Both the position numbers and the translations under genes were made by a program. Below, in pieces: positions 58,462 through 64,000 of a stretch of 64,000 nucleotides of DNA. Origin of the DNA: Bryobacterales bacterium. GTDB taxonomy: Bacteria; Acidobacteriota; Terriglobia; Bryobacterales; UBA6623. Location: positions 416,001-480,000 of the forward strand of contig CAXXKD010000001.1 of the NCBI GenBank assembly GCA_963422375.2. The letters are read 5' to 3'. The notes under the pieces were generated by a model. That model did no database searches. It had not been told where the DNA came from and worked only from the letters and a program-made list of their open reading frames with translations. Position 1 is the first letter of the stretch. Each line of letters begins with the position of its first letter.

Positions 58462-59619
58462 ATGCAGGTTGCCTCGCGTATCCACCGCCTGATCGGGGAA
58501 GGGGCGTTCGAAGTCCTGGTCCGCGCCCGCGCCCTCGAGGCCCGGGGCAGGGACGTCGTCCACATGGAGATCGGCGAGCCCGACTTCCCGACGCCGCCGA
58601 ACATCGTGGCCGCGGGCCGGAGGGCCTTGGCGGACGGCTACACCAAGTACGGCCCGACCCAAGGCGACCCCGAGTTGCGGCAGGCGATCGCCGAATACGT
58701 CTCGTCGTCGCGCGGCATCGCCGTCGACGAGTCGCGCGTGGTCGTCACGCCCGGCGCGAAGCCGGTGCTGTTCTACTCGATGCTGGCGCTGCTCGAGCCC
58801 GGCGACGAGGTGCTGTACCCCAACCCGGGCTTCCCGATGTACGAGTCCGTGATCGGAGGCTGCGGAGCCAAGCCGGTTGCCGTGCCGCTGCTGGAGAGCC
58901 GCGGCTTCTCGATCGACCTGGACCGCTTCAAGGACTCCCTGTCGGACCGGACGCGCCTGATCGTCCTCAACACGCCGCAGAACCCGACGGGCGGCACGAT
59001 CCCGCCCGAGGACCTGCGCGTGATCGCGGAACTCGTAGCGGACCGGGATCTCTTGGTCCTCTCGGACGAGATCTACAATCTCATCGCGTTCGACGAAAGG
59101 CCCACCTCGATCGCCTCGATCGACGGCATGGCGGACAAGACGATCATTCTCGACGGCTTCTCGAAGGCCTACTCGATGACCGGCTGGCGCATCGGCTACG
59201 GCGTGTTCCCGCAATGGATGGTCGACGCGATCTGCATGCTGCAGGTGAACTGCTCCTCGCACACGGCCAGCTTCACACAGCGGGCGGCCCTCGAGGCCCT
59301 GCGCGGGCCGCAGGACAGCGTGACCGCGATGGTCAACGAGTTCCGCCGCCGCAGGGACGTCATCGTCGCGCGCCTCAACGCGATTCCCGGCGTGCGCTGC
59401 GCCCGGCCCGGCGGGGCGTTCTACGCCTTCCCCAACATCTCCGGGACCGGTGTCGCTTCGGACGATCTCGCCGAGCGCATCCTGCAGGAGGCGGGCGTGG
59501 CCTGCCTCACGGGCACGTCCTTCGGCGCCTATGGCGAGGGTTACCTGCGCTTCAGCTACGCCGCCGCCTTGGATCGCATCGAGGAGGCCATGGAGCGGGT
59601 CCGCTCGCTGCTGAGCTAG
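58462..59619 (+). CDS. PLP-dependent aminotransferase class I/II (aspartate aminotransferase-like)
   Basis: IGEPDF, NTPQNPTG, SDEIY, FSKAYSMTGWRIG. Confidence 0.93.
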   Translation: MQVASRIHRLIGEGAFEVLVRARALEARGRDVVHMEIGEPDFPTPPNIVAAGRRALADGYTKYGPTQGDPELRQAIAEYVSSSRGIAVDESRVVVTPGAKPVLFYSMLALLEPGDEVLYPNPGFPMYESVIGGCGAKPVAVPLLESRGFSIDLDRFKDSLSDRTRLIVLNTPQNPTGGTIPPEDLRVIAELVADRDLLVLSDEIYNLIAFDERPTSIASIDGMADKTIILDGFSKAYSMTGWRIGYGVFPQWMVDAICMLQVNCSSHTASFTQRAALEALRGPQDSVTAMVNEFRRRRDVIVARLNAIPGVRCARPGGAFYAFPNISGTGVASDDLAERILQEAGVACLTGTSFGAYGEGYLRFSYAAALDRIEEAMERVRSLLS

Positions 59620-59688
59620 GCCGTCCCGCGGGTGTCCGCTCGCGCGGCCCGGCCGTCCCCCCGCCCGGTGATACGATGGGCGGCGCCG

Positions 59689-60417
59689 ATGGGACGGCGC
59701 CTCGCAACCGCTTGCGCCGTGACGCTGGCGCTGGCTCTCGCTGCCCTGGCCGCATCCGCCCAGTGGCGCGAGAGGCGCTGGCAGAGCGAGCGTGTCCGCA
59801 TGGTCCGGGAGCAGATCGAAGCTAGGGGCGTCCGCGACCCGCGGGTCCTGGCGGCCATGCGCGAGGTCCCCCGGGAGCGCTTCGTGCCCGCGCGCGTCCG
59901 GTCGCTCGCCGCCTCGGACGCGCCCCTGCCGATCGGGTACGACCAGACCATCTCGCAGCCCTACATCGTCGCCTTCATGACCGAGCTGCTGGCGCTCGAG
60001 CGTTCTCACTCGGTGCTCGAGATCGGCACGGGATCCGGCTATCAGACGGCCGTGCTCGCCTCGCTCTGCGACCGCGTCTACAGCGTCGAGATCGTTCCCG
60101 ACCTGGCCGACCGCGCTGCCGCGACGCTGCGGGAGCTCGGCTACGAAGACGCCCTTGTCACCCAGGGCGACGGGTACCTCGGCTGGCCCGAGCACGCCCC
60201 CTTCGACCGGATTATCGTGACGGCCGCCCCTCCCGAGCTGCCGCGGGCGCTGCTTGACCAGCTCGCGCCCGGGGGGCGCCTCGTCGCCCCGGTCGGGCCG
60301 ACTTCCGAGAGCCAGGTGCTGATCCTCGCGACCAAGGACGCGGACGGGAGGATCCGCCGGCAGAAGCGCCTGGATGTCCGCTTCGTGCCGATGGTCCGGG
60401 CGGCGGCCGGCAACTAA
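59689..60417 (+). CDS. pcm: Protein-L-isoaspartate O-methyltransferase
   Basis: QTISQPYIV, LEIGTGSGYQ, APFDRIIVTAA, VRFVPM. Confidence 0.93.
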   Translation: MGRRLATACAVTLALALAALAASAQWRERRWQSERVRMVREQIEARGVRDPRVLAAMREVPRERFVPARVRSLAASDAPLPIGYDQTISQPYIVAFMTELLALERSHSVLEIGTGSGYQTAVLASLCDRVYSVEIVPDLADRAAATLRELGYEDALVTQGDGYLGWPEHAPFDRIIVTAAPPELPRALLDQLAPGGRLVAPVGPTSESQVLILATKDADGRIRRQKRLDVRFVPMVRAAAGN

Positions 60418-60434
60418 GCGGCCGTCCCGCGAGT

Positions 60435-61367
60435 TCAGGCCGGGCCGCCGGGAGCGCGCGCCGGCGCTTGTGCGGTCACGGGTCGCGCCCGTCGCGCGGC
60501 GAGGGCGATGCCCAGCAGGACCGCTCCCAGCCCCGCCAGCAGCCGCGCGGGCACGGGCTCGCCGAAGTACGCCGCGGCCGCGGCCACCCCGCTGACCGGC
60601 GTCAGGAACGAGAAGGCGATCACCGTGCCGGGTGTGTGCCTGCGCAGCAGGAAGAGCCAGGCCAGCTGGCCCGCGCCTCCCACCGCGATGCCTTGGAACA
60701 CGAGGGCCGACCAGATCGTCCAGTCCGCCTCGGCGCGCGCGATGCCGCCGGGCATGCACGTCTCTGCCAGCGCGAACAGAGGCAGGGACCCAAGCAGCGG
60801 CCAGAACACCGCCCGGACGTAGTCGACCCGCGGCGCGAGCTGCCGGGCGTACACCATGCGCAGCGCGAGCAGGGTCGCCGCGACGAGGATCAGCGAGTTC
60901 CCCAGCAGCGGGTCGGGAGCCAGCGCGCTCTCCGTGCGCTCCAGGAAGACCCAGGCCACGCCGGCGAACGCGGCAGCGAGTCCCAGCGACCGCCCGTGCG
61001 TCAGGCGGTCTTCCGGCACGAAGAACGACGACACCACGTTGGCGGTGATCGGGTAGGTGTTGAACAGGATGGTCGCGAACACGGGCGAGGTGTAGTCCGA
61101 GCCGGTCTGATTGGCGCTGATCTGCAATGCGTAGACGAGGGTGAGCAGCGCCAGCGGCCCCAGCTCGCCGCGCTTCGGACGCAGGCGCTTGCCGCGGGCC
61201 AGGGAGAAGGCTCCGACGCTCGCGCCCGCGATCGCCACGCGGACGAAGGCTCCCTGCATTGGCGGCAGGGACTGCAGCACGACCTTGATCGCGACGGGAT
61301 TCCCGCCGCGCACGGCCGCGGTCGCCGCGCAGATGAGGACCGAAGCGATGCCCAGCGGCTGCGACAT
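60435..61367 (-). CDS. DMT/EamA-family transporter
   Basis: About 10 hydrophobic helices in two repeats; FLTPV...FGE. Confidence 0.85.
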   Translation of the reverse strand: MSQPLGIASVLICAATAAVRGGNPVAIKVVLQSLPPMQGAFVRVAIAGASVGAFSLARGKRLRPKRGELGPLALLTLVYALQISANQTGSDYTSPVFATILFNTYPITANVVSSFFVPEDRLTHGRSLGLAAAFAGVAWVFLERTESALAPDPLLGNSLILVAATLLALRMVYARQLAPRVDYVRAVFWPLLGSLPLFALAETCMPGGIARAEADWTIWSALVFQGIAVGGAGQLAWLFLLRRHTPGTVIAFSFLTPVSGVAAAAAYFGEPVPARLLAGLGAVLLGIALAARRARPVTAQAPARAPGGPA

Positions 61368-61483
61368 CCCGGCCTTCCGCGCGGGCTCGGCACCTCGGGC
61401 CCCGTCGCCGCGCGGCCCCCGCGCGACGGGACTCGGCGCGGCCCCGGCGGAAGCGCGAGCGGCCTCGGGCAGGCCCGGCTGGT

Positions 61484-62326
61484 TCAGGCGCGGGCCCACT
61501 GGGCCTGCAGGAAGCGCGTGCCCTCGAGAGCGATGTCGTCCATCGAGTCGGCGAGGTCTCTCCAGATCGCTGTCGCGGCCGACAGCTCGGGGATGTGCGA
61601 GTTGAACGACTCGATCGTCATCCAGCGGTCGTAGCCGATCTCCTTGATCGCGGCCATGACCCCGGGCCAGTCGATGTGGCCGCTGCCGGGCGTGCCGCGG
61701 TCGTTCTCGCAGGTGTGGACGTGCATGAGTTGCTGCCCGCAAGCGCGGTAGGCGTCGGCCACGTCCTTGTCCTCGATGTTCTGGTGGAAAGTGTCCAGCA
61801 GGATGCCGATGCGGTCGCTGCCGATCTCCTCGACGAAGCGCACGGCGTCCGCGGCCGTGTTGAGGAAGTAAGTCTCGAACCGGTTGAGCGGTTCCACCGC
61901 CATCGTGACGCCGGCGGCCGCCAGGTCGTCATGGAGCGCTTGGTGGCACTCGACGCCCCACTTCCATTCGTCCTCGGTCCGCCGCCGGCCCGGCAGGTAG
62001 CCCACCGGCGAGTGAGTGGGGCCGGCGATCTGCTCCGCGCCGGCCTCGGCAGCGGTGCGGATCACGGTCTTCCAGTGCTCGACGGTCTTCGAGCGAACGG
62101 AGGCGTCGTCGCTGATGGGGTTCATCCCGTCTGGGTTCACCGAGCAGAAATGCACGCTGAGGCCGTGGTCGCGGCAGGTCCGCCGCACGGCCGCGGTGTC
62201 GAGGCCCGAGGGGTCGAACACGGGAATCTCGATGCCGCTCACCCCGGCCTCCTTGAGCTCCGCGAGAGGGTACTTGTCCGGCTCGAACGCGCCGGACCAG
62301 ATCAGGGTGTTGACTCCGAACTTCAT
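61484..62326 (-). CDS. Sugar isomerase/epimerase (D-psicose/D-tagatose 3-epimerase family)
   Basis: EPLNRFE, LDTFH.NIE, H..ENDRGTPGSG, IESF, IWR. Confidence 0.9.
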   Translation of the reverse strand: MKFGVNTLIWSGAFEPDKYPLAELKEAGVSGIEIPVFDPSGLDTAAVRRTCRDHGLSVHFCSVNPDGMNPISDDASVRSKTVEHWKTVIRTAAEAGAEQIAGPTHSPVGYLPGRRRTEDEWKWGVECHQALHDDLAAAGVTMAVEPLNRFETYFLNTAADAVRFVEEIGSDRIGILLDTFHQNIEDKDVADAYRACGQQLMHVHTCENDRGTPGSGHIDWPGVMAAIKEIGYDRWMTIESFNSHIPELSAATAIWRDLADSMDDIALEGTRFLQAQWARA

Positions 62327-62359
62327 GGTGCCTCCGGTCCGCGCCGTCCGAACCCGCGA

Positions 62360-62917
62360 TTATCGCAGACCGTGCTTGCCGTCGGAGACGGACCAGCTGT
62401 CCGACGAGACCACGCCGCTGTGCAGGCCCAGCGCCGTGAGCCCGCCGAAGAAGCGGGCGTGCTCGACCTTCATGCACTTGTCCATCACAACCTCCATGCC
62501 GGCCGCGATCGCCTGCCGGGCGGCCTCCTCGTGCACGATGCCGAACTGCATCCAGACCGCCTTGGCCCCGGCCGCGACGGACTGCTCGACGATGGCGGGG
62601 ACGTGCCGCGGCGCCCGGAAGACGTCGACCACCTCCACGGGCCCTTCGATCGCCTGCAGCGACGGGTAGCAGCGCCGTCCGAGGATCGACTGCTCGCGCG
62701 GGTTGACCGGGAGGATGTCGTAGCCGCGGTTGGCGAGGTAGATGGCCACGAAGTGGCTCGGCCGCATGGGATTGGCCGACAGCCCGACCATCGCGACCCG
62801 CCGGTACCGCTGGAGGATGGCGAGTCGCCGCTGCGGGCCGGCCGAGAGCCCTTCCTCCGCCGTCGTGCGCCCGGTTGCGGTAGCCGGTCCGGGCAGGCTG
62901 CAGGCTCGTTGCGTCAA
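62360..62917 (-). CDS. CoA-binding protein (YccU-like)
   Basis: VGLSANP.RPS, PVNP, VDVFR, VWMQ.G, MDKCMKVEH. Confidence 0.9.
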   Translation of the reverse strand: MTQRACSLPGPATATGRTTAEEGLSAGPQRRLAILQRYRRVAMVGLSANPMRPSHFVAIYLANRGYDILPVNPREQSILGRRCYPSLQAIEGPVEVVDVFRAPRHVPAIVEQSVAAGAKAVWMQFGIVHEEAARQAIAAGMEVVMDKCMKVEHARFFGGLTALGLHSGVVSSDSWSVSDGKHGLR

Positions 62918-63053
62918 GTCCCGGCCCCGCGCGCCGCCTCGGGCGCTTCGCCGCGGGAGATCAAGATTCTACCACCGGCGTTCCGTGACAGGGGGCCGTC
63001 GAGCGCGCCTCCTGGCGCGCGACGGCGGCGCATGTGTACCCTTGCGGCTAGCC

Positions 63054-63791
63054 ATGCGACCGTCCGTCAATTTCTCTCCCCTGACGCCGCTCTCCTTCCT
63101 CGATCGCAGCGCGCTCGTATACCCCGACAAGCCGGCCGTGATCCACGGCGAGGTCATCTACACCTACTCCGAATTCGACCGGCGCGCCCGGCGTCTGGGC
63201 GCCGCGCTGCAGGCACTGGGAATCCGTCCCGGCGACCGCGTGGCGATCCTCGCGCCCAACGTCCCGGCCATGCTGGAGGCCAAGTTCGGCCCGATGCGCG
63301 TCGGGGCGATTCTGGTGCCCCTCAACACGCGCTTGAAGCCGCCCGAGATCGCGTACATCCTCAATCACTCGGGGGCGAAGGTCCTGATCTTCGACTCGGA
63401 GCTTGCCGAAACCGTGCGCGGCCTGCGGAATAAGGTGCTCGGGGTCGAGAACTACGTCCAGGTCGTGGACGCGGCACCTCGTGCAGACGACATTTCCGGC
63501 CCGGAATACGAGGAGTTCCTGGACGCGGCGCCGGCCCAGCCCGACGAGTTCGCGCTTGCCGACGAGCGCGACGCGATCTGCATCAACTACACGTCCGGCA
63601 CGACGGGCTTTCCCAAGGGCGTTGTCTTCCACGCCCGCGGCGCTTGGATCAACGCGATCGGCGAGGCGCTCGAGACCGGCTTGAACTGGGGTTCCGTGTA
63701 TCTGTGGACGCTCCCGCTGTTCCACTGCAACGGCGACCGCCGCTCCGGCCGTCGGCCCTCCGCCGCCGGTACCGACGGACAAATCCAGTAA
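63054..63791 (+). pseudogene. Acyl-CoA synthetase truncated after FHCNG (~63734)
   Basis: LTPLSFL.R, NYTSGTTGFPKG and WTLPLFHCNG are present, then unrelated sequence and a stop; the C-terminal half is missing. Confidence 0.85.
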
Positions 63792-63857
63792 CCACAACGG
63801 TTTGCGGCAGGACGCCGCTGCGCGCGGGACGCGAGGGGAAAGCGCTGTTCGCGGCGC

Positions 63858-63911
63858 ATTCCGTCCACAGAGCGTCCACGCGAGCGGATTCTGTCCACGT
63901 TCCGTCCACGC
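63858..63911 (+). repeat. Four GTCCAC boxes forming two imperfect 24-bp direct repeats
   Basis: GTCCAC at 63863, 63874, 63893 and 63904. Confidence 0.75.
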
Positions 63912-64000
63912 CCCCGGGGCCGCGGACGGCCAGTAGATTTCCTCGCCCGCGAGGGCGAGCGGCTCCAAGCGGGCAGCCGCCGGCTATCGCGCCGGGCAAG

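Noticed and set aside
58306..60759. Long 817-aa minus-strand ORF and similar long shadow ORFs (48309-50426, 61595-63433, 53422-55029, 1818-3308)
   Set aside because: They are antisense or off-frame to well-supported genes, Arg/Pro/Gly-rich, and typical high-GC artefacts.
63858..63911. DnaA boxes / oriC
   Set aside because: Boxes match only the TCCAC core, and there is no AT-rich unwinding element or dnaA/dnaN context.
1..64000. tRNA/rRNA genes
   Set aside because: No cloverleaf or rRNA-like sequence was recognised; T-loop-like strings (e.g. ~4745) lie inside CDSs. No tRNAscan was run.

Overview
GC-rich (roughly 65-70%) bacterial chromosomal window. The gene set (bshC, Tat-exported MR/MLE and DSD1 enzymes, PQQ and FG-GAP propellers, aa3-type oxidase cluster, frameshifted prfB) suggests an Acidobacterium; this is inference. 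It has five parts. (1) 1-11.7 kb: a decaying defence island with a Phd/YefM antitoxin and collapsed VapC toxin, an AAA_21 ATPase and amber-interrupted DUF4276 gene, and a 3'-damaged DUF1156 adenine methyltransferase. These converge on an intact SNF2 helicase-DUF3883 nuclease and a HEPN-DUF499 ATPase. (2) 12-16.6 kb: catabolic and secreted-protein genes. (3) 16.6-25.1 kb: a nest of dead IS elements (MITE, ISNCY-like, three IS1595, DUF4338-IS4, IS110) bounded by inverted repeats. Its only intact gene is an orphan Csx1-like CARF-HEPN-CARF protein; no CRISPR array or cas10 is present in the window. (4) 25.6-44.9 kb and 48-63 kb: housekeeping and metabolic genes (DUF58, acyl-CoA ligase, DapA-family, bshC, fabH, Rrf2-cysK-lipA-lnt-prfB, cox operon, ECF sigma/anti-sigma, aminotransferase, pcm). 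(5) 45.1-46.8 kb: a low-GC, translationally coupled gene pair after prfB, encoding a small toxin-like protein and an IrrE/ImmA-like protein that has lost its HExxH motif. This pair is the best candidate for an undescribed system. Family assignments come from motif recognition only; no database searches were run.
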